The notes below the pieces were generated by a model. That model worked only from the letters and a program-made list of their open reading frames with translations, searched no databases and was not told where the DNA came from. From Podarcis cretensis (lineage: Eukaryota): a DNA stretch of 64,000 nt. The stretch is from contig OX638155.1 in NCBI GenBank assembly GCA_951804945.1, positions 34,162,001 through 34,226,000 on the forward strand, in the 5' to 3' direction. Below, in pieces: positions 38,759 through 51,815 of this stretch (its first letter is position 1; each line of letters begins with the position of its first letter). Both the position numbers and the translations under genes were made by a program.

Positions 38759-40674
38759 CAGCAATGTATGGAAGATGAAGGTAGTTGCAGTTTCCAACAC
38801 ATGCAGTCATTCATGGCTCTTGGCAATTTAACTACATGCATCAGAATTTAAATAAAATGAAACAATTTGCTGTTCTGTAGACAATTGAGCAATGGACAGC
38901 CACTATGCGAAAATTGCAGTGCGTGGAGCTTAGAATGGAAACAATACATTTTAATAAATGTATCTGTTTATTCGTGCACATTTTTTTAAAGCATAGTTGC
39001 TTCTGTGCTGACAGCAGGTATCAATGCTATTTTTTTCTTTTCTTTGCGGGTTAAAAGTCAGTATGTTTACATGAAGGAGGTTTCCCAGCTCAGTCAATTT
39101 GATTGAAACCTAATATGCCGACCTATTTGAGAATTTCAGGACTCAAAATCAGTCTGACAGCTAATCAGGAGAGCCACATCAGTAAAGATAATGATCATAT
39201 GTTCTATGAACTGCCCTGATATCTTTTGATAAAGGGTGGTATATAAATTTAATAAATAATAGTAGTAATAAATAATATGTTGCATTTCCAGTTAAAGAAG
39301 TCAAACCAAAGTCCCATCTGCATTATACATTTAAAATGGTATCATACCACTGTAAGTAGTCCTGTGCTCCCCCCAAATAATCCTGGGAACCGCAATTTGT
39401 TAAGGGTGCTGAAAGTTGTTAGGGGACCCCTATTTCATTTCACAGAGCTGCAATTCCCATAATTCCCTCATCCAGAATGAGTATGAGGAACATTTCCACA
39501 CAGACCTTGGTTTTGCATGGATCCAGTATCATGTCTGAAATAATGAAATGATGATCCGGTTTATTATTTCTTTACTAAATTTATACCCAACCCTCCCTCC
39601 CAGAGGAGCCCAGTGTGGAAAACACATAANNNNNNNNNNNNNNNNNNNNNNNNNNNNNNNNNNNNNNNNNNNNNNNNNNNNNNNNNNNNNNNNNNNNNNN
39701 NNNNNNNNNNNNNNNNNNNNNNNNNNNNNNNNNNNNNNNNNNNNNNNNNNNNNNNNNTTTAACAGGAGGGAATTCCAAAAGAAAGTGCCACCACTACTAT
39801 TCCAAGCATTGTGTGGAATAGACCTCCTGATAAGATGATATCTGCAGGAAGCCCTCTTCTCCAAAATGCAGTGTTCAATCAGCTATATAAGGGATGAAAT
39901 TATCTTTTTGGCATCCTGGTCAAAGTTGTTCAGGACTACATACACCAGAACCAAAACCTTGAACTTAGCCTTATAGCTAATAGGTTTGTTTGGGTAAAGC
40001 AGCAAGGGATGGCTTAGGGCAACCAAGATGTTAATTTCTCACTGATATACTTTTATGTTTTCTATCATTTCGTACTTGAAAAATCATTATTGGAGGTAGG
40101 TTAGGGGTGGAATGTAGCATTGTGAGTCAAGTTTCTGTTCCTATTTTACTGGGCTCTAAAAACATAATCCTTATCCAAAGCGACAAACAAAATATATTAC
40201 ATATTGCATTTTATTGTTGAAAAGGCTGAAGTGGAAGCATTTTACAATATCTCATAGTGAATTTTGTCTGTCAGTACATTTCTCCATGTAGTATATAAAT
40301 TATGTATAATATGACTGTGTTTTATAAATATTTATAATACATTCACTTAACCTCAATCCATCAAAGAAATTCGGTTATATGTGTAGAACTTGCAGAGGAA
40401 AGAAATGGCTTTGACACAATTGATAGAACTTCTAAATTCATTGAAACCATCACACATCTTTTTTTAAAAAAAAAGTTTATTCTCTTCATGAATACATTGT
40501 TATGCTCATCCTACTTTTCTGAGCGCTGAAAAGTTTCAGGGGCACAGAACTTACCCAGCTCTGGTTTCCTCTGGAAGGCCACTTGAGACTTATTGGATTG
40601 CCCCAGAAACTCCCAATACAAATACTGGGGCATGCAAGTCAGATGGGTAGGGTACAATTATTACTTACTTACTT

Positions 40675-40800
40675 AAAGGTAAAGGGACCCCTGACCGTTA
40701 GGTCCAGTCGCGGACGACTCTGGGATTGCGGCACTCATCTCGCTTTATTGGCCGAGGGAGCCGCTGTACAGCTTCCAGGTCATGTGGCCAGCATGACTAG
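40675..40800 (-). mobile_element. Sauria SINE 3' fragment
   Basis: Matches the tail end of 14065-14422. Confidence 0.88.
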
Positions 40801-40950
40801 GAGGAAGCATAGCTTAAACACTCTCCAGCACCACCAGCACACAAATAACTCAGCAAGCCTGGCAGCCTTGTGGTTTAAGGACACCTTCCATGCTGCAGTA
40901 CCAATGGTCAACTGACCGCATGGGCCAATCCTTGTTCACTAAGCCCTATA

Positions 40951-41209
40951 TAGTCGTACCTCGGCTCCTGAATGCCTTGGGAGTCAAACATTCTGGCTCC
41001 CAAACGATCGAAAACCAGAAGTGAGTGTTCCGGTTTTTGAAATTTGTTTTCTTTTTTTGGAAGCCGAACATCCAGCACAGCTTCCACTATTGTTTCCAGC
41101 ACGCCTGTGCAATTGGGAACCAATCAGAAGCTGTGCCTTGGTTTCCGAACTTTTTGGAAGTCGAACGGACTTCCGGAACGGATTCCGTTTGACTTCTGAA
41201 GTCCGTCTG
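40951..41209. mobile_element. Tigger-like MITE family B
   Basis: Ends '(t)agtcgtacctcgg' / 'gaagtccgtctg' with TA flanks; homologous to 28554-29559. Confidence 0.8.
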
Positions 41210-41233
41210 TACAGTATATCCTGGCTTCAGAGT

Positions 41234-41822
41234 AGGGGTGGGTGAATCTGTCAGTGTCCATTACTCTCAGTTTCTTATTTTTTTCCAGCCTTAATTTCAA
41301 TTCTCCATATTTCCACAACAGTTTGTACAGGTTGCATGTCTGGAGAATGGCATTGCAAAATTTCAAGAAGTACACATTTTGAAGGATGGCTGTGTCCAGT
41401 GCCATAGCATGGGTTGCCAGTGCCTGGGGCTGCGCGGAAAGGGTAGGTGGAAGGGAAGGAAGCGGATGGAGTATGCATGTGCATTCAACTCCCTAACAGT
41501 GTCCGTGTCACCCAGGAGATTGCAGGCGCAGAGATAAGAAAAGAAGAGTCATTCCATTGTCTGGAGAGGTCACTTCCTGGTTCACATGGAGAAGCCGTTT
41601 TCAACAGAGTCCAGTAATGGACGCCTACAGCTGTACTGAGGTAGCATCAGGTGTTGAAATTTTGCACCCCCTAACAAATTTGCACCCAGGGCAACCGCCC
41701 CTGTGGCCCCCCCCCCCACGCTATGCCACTGGCTGTGTCTCAGATATGCATAGTTTTCGAAGGTGTGAATTAAGTAGGTTCACCTTTAAATGTGAACTGA
41801 ACCAAATTCTACTCCATCCATA
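41234..41822. mobile_element. Unclassified interspersed repeat interrupted by a hAT element
   Basis: 'aggggtgggtgaatctgtcag...' resumes after the gctgtgtc TSD and ends 'ctccatcca'. Confidence 0.5.
41397..41731 (+). mobile_element. hAT element (335 bp), older relative of the 147-bp MITE
   Basis: TIR cagtgccatagcatggg / cccacgctatgccactg; perfect TSD gctgtgtc; subterminal 'tttgcaccccctaac'. Confidence 0.85.
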
Positions 41823-43368
41823 CCTCAGAGCTTTCTCCTTATACTGAGGAATTTGGCTTGCAAATGGAGATTCTGTTTACACACCTGTTCCCTTTCTCCT
41901 GACTGCTGCCTGATGCTGCTGCTGCTGCCTCTGGCCCCTGCTCAGAAATGAAACCTTCCCTCTGGTTCTGATCACATATGTCCCTGTGAGATACTTTTCT
42001 GGAACACAGCATTTCCTGATTAAAGCCAGGAACCCTTTTATGGACCCACACACCTAGAACAGACCCTTCTGGTGTCTGGTAGTCCTTTTACCAGGTTCAG
42101 GTATTTTCTAATGACAATTGGGAAATTGTGGCAGGGCTCAGTGTTGTTTCAGTCATGGCTTCATTTCAAAGCACTGAAAGTGGGCAGAGTGGGAAATGAG
42201 AGCTGTCCAGACCAAACTGACAAATAATTAAAGTTGAAAAACAAATTAGAGCCCAAACTGGAAGGTGATCAGGGATTGTTTTGTTAACAAGAAATATGGC
42301 GTTTGTGTACCTGTATACAACTAGCTGTTCCTTCTACTGAATCAGAAGTAGTGTAGTTTTAGCGTAGAGTTTTTTCCAAGTGTGGCCATTCTCTCTCACA
42401 TGACTTCTCTGCACCAATAATTCCTTAACTGGGATCCCTTTTCCTTGTTTTAATTCTGCCTTTGGTTCTGGCCTTCTGGAGCCCAGATGTCCACGATGAA
42501 ACCACTCCTAAACAATTCATTGCTGTTAGATTTTGGTTAAGAAGTACAATCCTGTTTATTCAATGAAAGTAATATGGAGGTTTGCTTTTCCAGCATTTAA
42601 GCAAGGGCTTAGGAGAAAGAAATCTGGGAGAGCTCCCTACATGCATTTCAAATCAATGCTGATTGAGAGATTAGGTTCACAACATTTATAGGAGAAATGT
42701 TCCCCAGCATTCTGCAACTTGACAATTTCTTGTGTGTGTGTATGTGTGTATATACTATATATATAGTAAACTGATGCTGTGTAATCCTGATCTCCATGTT
42801 ATTTTACAGTCTCTGAACAGCAGAATTGCATGACATTTTGAAAATGACACCTGGCAGGTGTCAGCTGCTGCTCAAGCCCGGTCAAGGGTGTTTTGTAATC
42901 CCAGGGGATTCATGGTAGCTGTTGCTTCAGAATTATGCAGAGGAGAAAGGAGAGCATCAGTGGCAAAGACAGCTTGAACAGATGGAGAGATGCTCTCTCA
43001 CCAAGGTTGCATTAGAAGACACAGGCACCCATGTGCCGAATTCTATTCTCTCTGGGCTCCACTGTTCCAAGCCTTCAGGCATGGCTTTCTTATCTGCCAC
43101 AACTCACAAGCAAAGGTAAACACAGAGGGTTGCAAACAGGCATTTTCATCACACTCTCCTTATCTCAGGCTTCTCTCAGGCAATATGGTTGGCAATGGAC
43201 CAGCAAAATGATTGGGCAGGCTCCTTTAACTAAGGCTGTGCATCAGATTTGGTGGAAACCAAAACTAAATTGGACTGATTCACGAGACTCTGGGCATCGG
43301 TCCAGATGGGTTGAAATAGCCCTGGATGACTATGGGTTGAATTGCATGGTCCAGAGTAATTCAGGGGA

Positions 43369-43934
43369 AGTCAAGGGACTGGACAGAAGGGGGTGAGATG
43401 GAGGAGGAATGATGGAGATTCACCCCCTTCTCCTGACGCTTCCAGAAAAGAGGGAAGCAGTATTGATTTACAGCAGGGGTTTGAGGAAGGTCACAGCGCA
43501 AGGACAGGCGAACAGAAGAGTTGGGAGGTGTTAGGAGAAGGGGGACAGGAGGCAGAGACAGGGGAGCAGAGACAGAACAGCCAGCTGACACGTTGTCAGT
43601 GGAGAGTATTTCTGACCCCCCTTCTCCCAGAACTCGGCATTTGTTAAGAGTGCAGGAACAGAGGACTCAGAGACAGTTGGCCACAGGCAGCCACCGTAAG
43701 GGGAAATGCTGTTGCTAGGAAAGGAGGGAGGAGGAGCTCAGTTGGAGCAACACCATTATTGGAGCAGACTGCATTCTTTTCTTTCTCTCTCTCTCTCTCT
43801 CTCTTTTTTTTTTTTTTTTTTTTTTTTTTGTCTCTCGCTATTATGAGTGAATAAACTCATTAGAAATGACTCTACCTTGTTTTTCTCTGTTTCTTGGTGC
43901 CACTGGTGGAGGGATAGAATTCCCAAGCCTGACA
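43369..43934 (+). mobile_element. Gypsy-type solo LTR with decayed internal ORF
   Basis: (a)GTCA...TGACA termini; ggga flanks on both sides; AATAAA at 43850-43855; acidic ORF remnant ending 'DPPSPRTRHLLRVQEQR'. Confidence 0.8.
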
Positions 43935-44239
43935 GGGATGGAGCATCAGAAGGAGAGACAGGTGTGGATGGAAAGAAGGAGAAACTGCAAAAAGGAGGAA
44001 TCTAACAGGTAGCTGCATCTTTGTGGGAGAAGTTGGGGAATGCCTTTGCTACCCAACTTTGCCTTCTTCCTACCAGCCTCTCCTTTTTCTCAGCCCCCTG
44101 AAGCAACACTGCACATGGTTCAGCCCTCCCACTTACCAGCTGATAAGCAAAGGGTTTGATCCTGTGTGGTGCTGGTTGCTGCTCCTTCACAAGCAGCCAC
44201 AATCTTCACAATTCTTAAGGCAATACTAATCACTAATTA

Positions 44240-44418
44240 GGTAAAGGTAAAGGTACCCCTGCCCGTACGGGCCAGTCTTGACAGACTCTGGGGTTGTGCG
44301 CCCATCTCACTCAAGAGGCCAGGGGCCAGCGCTGTCCGGAGACACTTCCGGGTCACGTGGCCAGCGTGACAAAGCTGCATCTGGCGAGCCAGAGCCGCAC
44401 ACGGAAACGCCGTTTATC
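44240..44418 (-). mobile_element. 5'-truncated Sauria SINE
   Basis: Same subfamily as 24881; 15-bp TSD actaatcactaatta. Confidence 0.9.
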
Positions 44419-45074
44419 ACTAATCACTAATTATCCACCCATTAAAACATTACAAAATGTTTTCGGCAGCATTGTGACTAGACTGATTCAGAGGCGAGAC
44501 CGATACCTCTTCTCCAAAGAGGACATGCCATGCAGACTGCTGTATGAAAGGGAATTAAATTGGTATTAACCTTGACAGGAACAAATGTTGCTTTAGAAAA
44601 GTAAGTGTACTTTTCTGACATGTACAAAAATGAAATGATAAACTGAAGCTCAAAAGACTAGAATGCGGACGGGGGCTTTCTAATGAGCAATTACCTGTGC
44701 GCAGCAATATTGATTAAGTTTTCAGACTGTCAGATGACTCAGGAGCGGATGGATTTAGTAAAATCAATCTTCTGACAAGCCAGATCTCACCCTACTGCTG
44801 AAACACACACTGGAAACAAACTGCACCAGGTCCACATCAATTCGAGACTGTATCTATAGACCTAAGTCAGAAAATGTTGCCTGCAGACATAAAGATTATA
44901 CTCATCATTGGCTATGGAAGGAATAGGATGGAAGGAATTTCTATGGAGGAAATGGTTTGCATCATTCTCTGTTCTGACTGTTACCCCTAGTCCAGTAAGA
45001 AACTTTTTTGTATCATAGATCACCGTACCTCTTTATTCTTTTCAGTGACATGTAGCAATGCCCATTTGTTTATG

Positions 45075-45295
45075 TAATTATCATTACACTGAAACTCCAC
45101 CTTTCCTCCAAGGTACTGAAAATGGTGCACACAACTCTCCCCCTCCCTATTTTATCCTCACAACAACCCTGCAGTGTAGGCTAGGCTGGGAATGGCCCAA
45201 GGTCACCCAGTGAGCTTCATGGCTGAATGGGGATTTGAACCCTGCTCTCTCAGGCCCTAGTCCAACACCCTAACTACTAAACCACACCACACTGA
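45075..45295 (-). mobile_element. MIR/CORE-like SINE
   Basis: 'ttttatcctcacaacaaccctg...gcccaaggtcacccagtgagcttcatggctgaatggggatttgaaccc'. Confidence 0.8.
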
Positions 45296-47122
45296 TTTCT
45301 CTGAGGAAAAGAATCTGCTTTGAAGGTGCTTTAAAGGTATATTGTGTATGCAGCCTAAGTATATGCATTGGGAGTGGGCAGGCAGTCAGGTTCAGAGCAT
45401 GAACTTACTGCAATAAACATGGTTTGAAAGGAATACAGTTCCAATGCTAGATAAGCTTTGGTACATGTCCTGGGGCTATCTGTGCATGCAGATCTAGCTC
45501 TACAAAGAAATCATGGCATGATGCTGCGTTGGCCTCCTGCCTGAAGCTCCTGTATTTGTCTAATCTGACCTTTCCGTTCACTTTGACAACCAAATCTCCT
45601 TAAGGCCTCATCTGTGGTCTCCAAGTCCAGCAGCTAAAGTGGGTTGGGGAGAGAAAAACCTTACATCGCGCATACACTACAATCTCTTCCAGACAACTGA
45701 CTGGGGTTTTTAGTCATTTTGACTAACCATTAACTGTGGTGGCAGTTTTTATTTTTTCGAACCATGAGCTTCAGAGAGCAGAGGTTTGACACACCAGTGG
45801 CAATTGTCAGAGAAGACTGAAAAGGGGAAGGAAGTGAAGAAGCGCCAGACGTAATAGTAGGGCATCAAAGAGCTTTCCTTTTTAAAAACAGAAACAGAAT
45901 GGCCAGCAGCATTTTCAGGAATTTCATTTGGCTTCATCCAAGAAATGACTAGACATTCTCTCTCTCCCTCCATCCCCAATACTGATAGGAGTTGTCAAGA
46001 CCCCTCACTGTGTTTCCTTTCCAGTACCTTTTTCAATCCAGTTGTTTTGTGACCAAGAAAAATTATATGTAATTTAAGCTCTAGCTATATTCACTGTGGG
46101 TATTTTTTATTCTCTTCACACCTGATACTCATTTCACCACCGACCTCTGGCCTCAGTGACCATTTGCAGAGATTTGCTGTTTTCAGAAGGTAATGAGTTC
46201 CCCTCCTTTTTCCTCCCCCTAAGCTCTCCTTCCTCCCAAACATTTCCCAGAAGCGTCTTCAGTTCTTCAGAACAGACAACTACATAATTAAGAACCGTAA
46301 AACCAACAAGCAAATATAATTGAACCTTCTAGATGAAGAAAAGAGGAAGAAAGCTTGATAAGTATGGGACATATTCTTTCAAATAATGGAGCTGGGATTT
46401 CTCTCCCTCTATCTTTCACACTTAATTTTTGCTTATGAACAAAAGATTTTCTCAGCGCTGGAAAACGGTGATGAGCTATATCAAATTTGCATTTTCTGTT
46501 CATTAATGGGTTGCGTTTTCTTGAATATAAAAAGATCGCCTGACTTTCAAATAGGAAAAAAAAAACTTGGGGGAAAATTCAAGCTTTTAAAAGTAAATTT
46601 AATTAATTTCCTGAAGCCTGACTGTGATATCCAGGGGCTAGTGGAAAAAATGCTAAGTCCTCATTTAAAGGTGTTCTTTCCAGTCTCTGAAGCCTACTTT
46701 TAAGCTATGGGCAAGAAAACACATTGAAGCATTTCCATTTGAAATAAAAACATTTTGGATCTGCCTCCCTTTTTTGTAGGTTACAGAAGCTTTCTAGCTG
46801 TCTCACTGTGTCTCTTCATGTGGCAATCTTACTTGTCGTGGGTATATCAATGTTTCCTGCAGTGCATAGATGTAAAGAAAAAGTGAATGAAAAGATATAT
46901 ACACCCTTAAATACTCAGGCACAGGTGTCAGGAAGCCACCAGGGGTGCACTTAGATAATTATAGATTTTGGGCTTTACTTTATTGAAACCTTTCTAAACC
47001 ACCACTGCCAAGGGTGGCTGACAACATATAACATTACAAGTTCATAAAACATTTACTGTGGGGAAGAAATGTGCTTTTCATTGTAATGAGGAACTACCTT
47101 ATTCACACTTCTCAAATCAATT

Positions 47123-47277
47123 CTGCTGCTGCTGCTGCTACTACTACTACTACTACTATTATTTTATACTCTGCCCATCTGAGTTGCTCCAGCCACTTTG
47201 GGCAGCTTTTACATATATAAGAACTCGTTATACAGCTTTGGGTGAATGCTGAAGACACACCTCTTCACCCTGGCTTC
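47123..47277 (-). mobile_element. L2-type 3' tail with (CTG)n(CTA)n microsatellite
   Basis: 'tttatactctgcccatctgagttgctccagccactttgggcagct' resembles the 21337 copy. Confidence 0.6.
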
Positions 47278-47293
47278 TGAAACCTCATATGCA

Positions 47294-47847
47294 ATAGACT
47301 ACATGGAACTGGCAGAAATGACTGGCAGAATCCGAGACCTGGGAGAGGAAGTGGTGGAAGAGGACTGGAAGAAGTTTAAGAACTATCTGCAGAAACACTG
47401 TAAAGTGTACGAATGCTAAAATGATGTTGGATATGAAATAATACGGCATCAGTGGTACAGTGTTAAAAAATATGTAAAAAATGTAATAGAAAAAGGGTGA
47501 AAAAACAAGGTTATATTATGTCAAAGCAAACAATATGTTAAAGGTGTTTAATTATAAGGAGGAAAGATTGGAGGCATAATAGAAGTGATTACAATAACCA
47601 GAAATAAGTTTTGAAGAAGGGTAAGTATTTGCTGTATTTGATTGGACAAAGAGGAACACAAAAAAGGGAGGCGTGAGGAGGTCAAGAAACAAAGTTTTGT
47701 AAACATGAGTCTGAAAATTGGAGTTTTTGTTTTTAACTTTTTATTTTTTTCTTATTTTTTATTTGGTGTATTGTCTTTGCTGTTTTGTGTTGTTTTGATG
47801 TTTTCTTTTGTTTTTGGAAAAATAAATAAATATAATTTTTTAAAAAA
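47294..47847 (+). mobile_element. 5'-truncated L1-clade LINE
   Basis: 'IDYMELAEMTGRIRDLGEEVVEEDWKKFKNYLQKHCKVYEC*' plus 3'UTR; 16-bp TSD tgaaacctcatatgca. Confidence 0.93.
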
Positions 47848-47861
47848 TGAAACCTCATATG

Positions 47862-48017
47862 CAGTGCTATTTTTTAATTTTTTATTTTGAAAAATAGGTG
47901 CCAAAACTCACAATGAACACCTCCCTTGTTCTCTTATAATGGCAATGGCACCCACCTGAGAGGTGCTGGAACTGAGTTCTGGTGAGTTCCGGCTTAAATG
48001 AAAAAAATAAAAGCCCT
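47862..48017. mobile_element. hAT-like MITE (same family as 4061)
   Basis: Shared core 'aatggcaatggcacccacctgagaggtg'. Confidence 0.7.
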
Positions 48018-50999
48018 AGTGAGATGTTTATTTTTAATGGCATATTGTTCATTTTTCAAACTGCCCACTGCTTAGAGATTTTTGGAACTTTAAGTGCTTA
48101 AAAATAAAGAAAATGGGGGGGGGGTATCCTGCTCTATACTATAATGAAGCACATCCAGGTGGCAGCAAGGGAAGGCAGGGCAAGGGTTAGGCTGTGCTCC
48201 AGGACCACAGAACTCTGATGTTGTTCCAGTAAGAAACAGAGATGGGGAGGTGCAGAGCAACAGCAGGAGCAGCAACTACATCCTAATCGTTAGCTCTGCC
48301 CATACTGGAAAGTGCTGCTTTAATTAAACAGGTCCAGCCCTCTCCAGTGGTCTAATGTGAAGAAGCAGAGGAGGAGTCTCTGATCTACCTCAGCCTTCTG
48401 CAGTGGATACCTCGAAGACCAAGGATGGCAGTGCCATATTCTTAGGCTGGAGGGGTTTTGACCCATAGGCTTGTCAGGTAGCAGCACTTCTGGGGTTGGT
48501 CTTTTGGTCCATCACCTGAAAAACAGGAGCCTATGACTCCTGGTCCCTGACATTTCCCTGTCTACATTCTGGACCATCTGCAGCTTCTGGTGGGAGCAGG
48601 GAAAGGAAATTCAGAGTGTGGTGATGACATTGTGTCCTACATTTTAGAGCTCTGCTCACAGGGACTCTGGATCCAAGTTGGTGTGCTTCGACATGAGAAG
48701 GAGTTTTACGTTGGTAGCTTTAGTTCAAAATTGGTTTTTAAGTGGCCGTTCCAATTTCTCCTCTCCTCCCCGCTTTAATTACTGAAAGTGGTTTCTAAGT
48801 ATGTGGAAGAACTTTTGATACAACCTGATTTTGAATGCATTCCAAGTCCCAAATAGACACCTATTTTAAAAGGCACAGCATGCTTGGTGCGGCTTCTTGC
48901 CAGTCAAACAGTTGCCATTTACTAGACAGCTCTAAACTATGTCTGCTACCTTCCTTTTGCTGTCAATTTGACTGATGGGACTAGCTGGGCTGTTTTTTCT
49001 TAATTCCACTGCCCAGCACCACCATGGCCAAAAAGACAAGAGAAAATTTAGCAATGGATGCTAAGACGATGCTAGAATAACAGGAATTGAATGAAGCCAC
49101 TCAAGATGGATTAGAGTAGATTAGATAGCATAATACCTAGAATCATCTGCTTTACATTCCTAAAGACAGAGAAAGCCTCTTTTGTGTGCTCTGTTTTACT
49201 GCAAGCAGGTCGAAAGATGCACGCAATTGCCAAAATAGAAATATGGTTCGGATCTCTGCTACTGTGGAGTTTGTACAAAATAATGCAGTCTGCCAGGGGC
49301 AGTTTTGGGTAATATGGCACTCTGAGTGAGGACAAAATCTGCCCACTGCCACCAGTATTTCTTATTTGCTTAGTAATTCCGTTTGGTATAGGACAACAAA
49401 TAGCTGGTTGAGGCAGTCTGACTCAGATCAGAAGCATGGCATAGGAGGAGGAGCGTTTGTTGTTTTGCCTCCACCATAGTCCCAATCCAAATCCATGTCT
49501 CCCCACACCTGCTCTCTGCAATAGGGGGAAGCACCCATTGGTCCTGGGTTCAGCTCTGGGTTGTGCTGGGGGCAGGGGGTTAAAATTCTGCCCTCAGCAC
49601 CATGGCCCAGATCCAGTTCAGAAGCCCAGTGCTTGTTAACTGTTTTTAAAAATTCACACAAGGCCAAACAATAAGAACCATGGGTTGTAGCCAATGGCAG
49701 TCTTACTCACAGTTGACCCATTAAAGCTAATAAACAGGACTACCCATTTCTATGCTGAGTAGGACTAGCACTGCATGCAAAACTCTATCTTTTCTGGTTT
49801 GGCCCTAAGCTGAAACAAGCACCGTGAACTAATAACCAAACTTAGACACCAAAAAACTTTCAACTCAAATTTGGGAGGCAGGTAAAAATCACCAAACTGT
49901 GTGGTGGATTTTTAATGAGGAACCTGTTGGCCTCTCCATTAAAAGAAGCAGAGCTGATTGTTCCTTTATTTTGTAAAGCCTATTTTCCCCTGAAGGTGGC
50001 AGCAAAGCAGCACCTGCCATTAACCCTGTAGGCTTTTTCTCTCCTGGACATGGTGTTGTTCCAGAACATTATGAGGAATGAAAATGGCAGCCAACAGAAA
50101 AAAGGCTCCCTCAAGTGAGGTGGCAAATGTGAGGTGGATTTCCCAGCAGCTCTAAATAACGTTATTTGGGGGAGCAAAAGTAATGTCATACTGAGTCCTA
50201 TCAAAGGTCTTTCAAGATCACCATTCCAGATAGGCAGGTAGTTCAGAGCTTAGTTTAACTAGTTTGGAACATTTCCCATTTAACTGAAATGCATCAGTGA
50301 TGACTACTTTAGATGAATGAGAACATAATAACATTAATAAAGAAATAAAGAAAAGCTTTACTAAAGAGGCAGATGGCTTAGTTACTTGCAGTTTTCAGTA
50401 ATACTTCCTATTGGCATTCTTAAGAACCCAGCACAAGGGAATTGCATCTAAATTCTATCATCATAATGTTTCCCCTCTGAATAAAGCAAGAACGAAGGAG
50501 GAGAGGTCGGTGGTACATTGCTATGAAGTAAACTTGTTTCCCATTCAATTGTCTGGTCAACATCTCAATGGCTCAGTTCAGAGGAAACTGGAAACCATGG
50601 TTTTAACCTTACAAGAACATGCCACTGGCAGAGTCTCTTAATCCTACATGCATGCAGTGGTAGTAGCTGTTAGAAAAACTACAACTCCCAAGAGCCATTG
50701 GGAGAGCTTACTAGAGAGGAAGGGGACCAAGAGATCCAATCTGTTTTCATCTCTTATCATGGCTAGAATAGTTGCTGCTATTCCCACTACACTGCCCAGT
50801 AACAATGATTTGAAAAGAAGGTGAAGAGTTTTGAGGGGGATAGGGTGTTTCTGTTAGTATTCTTCTCCAGCACAATTTTAATCTGAATTTGAGAAGAATT
50901 TGAGGGTTTTATAAAGCTCATCTGTCATTTGAGAGGTTCATAAAGCTTTCCCCCTCCCTTATATCCCAGCTGAAGATCAGAGATCTTCACCAGGATCTG

Positions 51000-51322
51000 T
51001 AATCGAAAATGTTATTAACACCCTGTCTTTCACAACGCTTTTTGAGATATATGTGTATTTTCATAACTTCCATAACCACCCCACTTGAAATTCATTTATT
51101 GGGGTTATTTACACATGTTTTCCCAAGGAACTTGGTTGTAGCAGAGCCAAAACATTTGCCTGTAGTTCTTTAAATCCCTCCTCACAAGTAAAGCACTTCA
51201 AAAACTCTTGATAATTCTTTGTCATTTCTCTGAACTCCCTCCAGCCATTCAATATCTTTCTGGTAATGAGGTGTTTAGAAAGAAATGAAATATACCAAGT
51301 CTGGACTTATCGCAGTCTTTGA
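51000..51322 (-). mobile_element. Ancient CR1 LINE ORF2 C-terminal fragment
   Basis: Minus reading 'KTAISPDLVYFISF*TPHYQKDIEWLEGVQR' resembles the CR1 motif '[27 protein letters not shown]'. Confidence 0.7.
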
Positions 51323-51682
51323 AAAGAATTTTGAGCATTTCATATCGAGTAGTAATGTGTTTGCGCAGTGATAAGATACAATATGACTTGCTGCACAAAG
51401 TCGTTTTTGGAAGTGGGTGGTGGTGATGGTGGAATTGCTATTTCAAAGTAATCAAGAAGCTCATATAAAATTGTTATTCTCCAATTCCAGGATTAGTGGT
51501 GCTTTGGGATAAGACTAATCTCCTGACCCCTTGGTTTATATGGCAAAGCAAGTTAAAGTGGGAGGTAAGGGCCATGTCACCAACGCACAGCAATGAGTCA
51601 AGATATCACTCTGGTTTGGCCATGTGGGATGGTGCACAGCAGCAGGGATCTCTTGAGCATCCCATGAAGCAGGAAGCTAGGG

Positions 51683-51815
51683 CAGTTTTATACATCCTTG
51701 GGTCCCCAGGTGTTGCTGAACTACAACTCCCATCCTCCCTGACCATCAGCTAGGCTGCTTGGGGATGCTGGGCATTGTGGTCCAGCAACATCTGGGAACC
51801 CAAGGGTGAAAAACA
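51683..51815. mobile_element. Palindromic hAT MITE
   Basis: 'cttgggtccccaggtgttgctgaactacaactcccatc...cagcaacatctgggaacccaaggg' hairpin. Confidence 0.75.
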
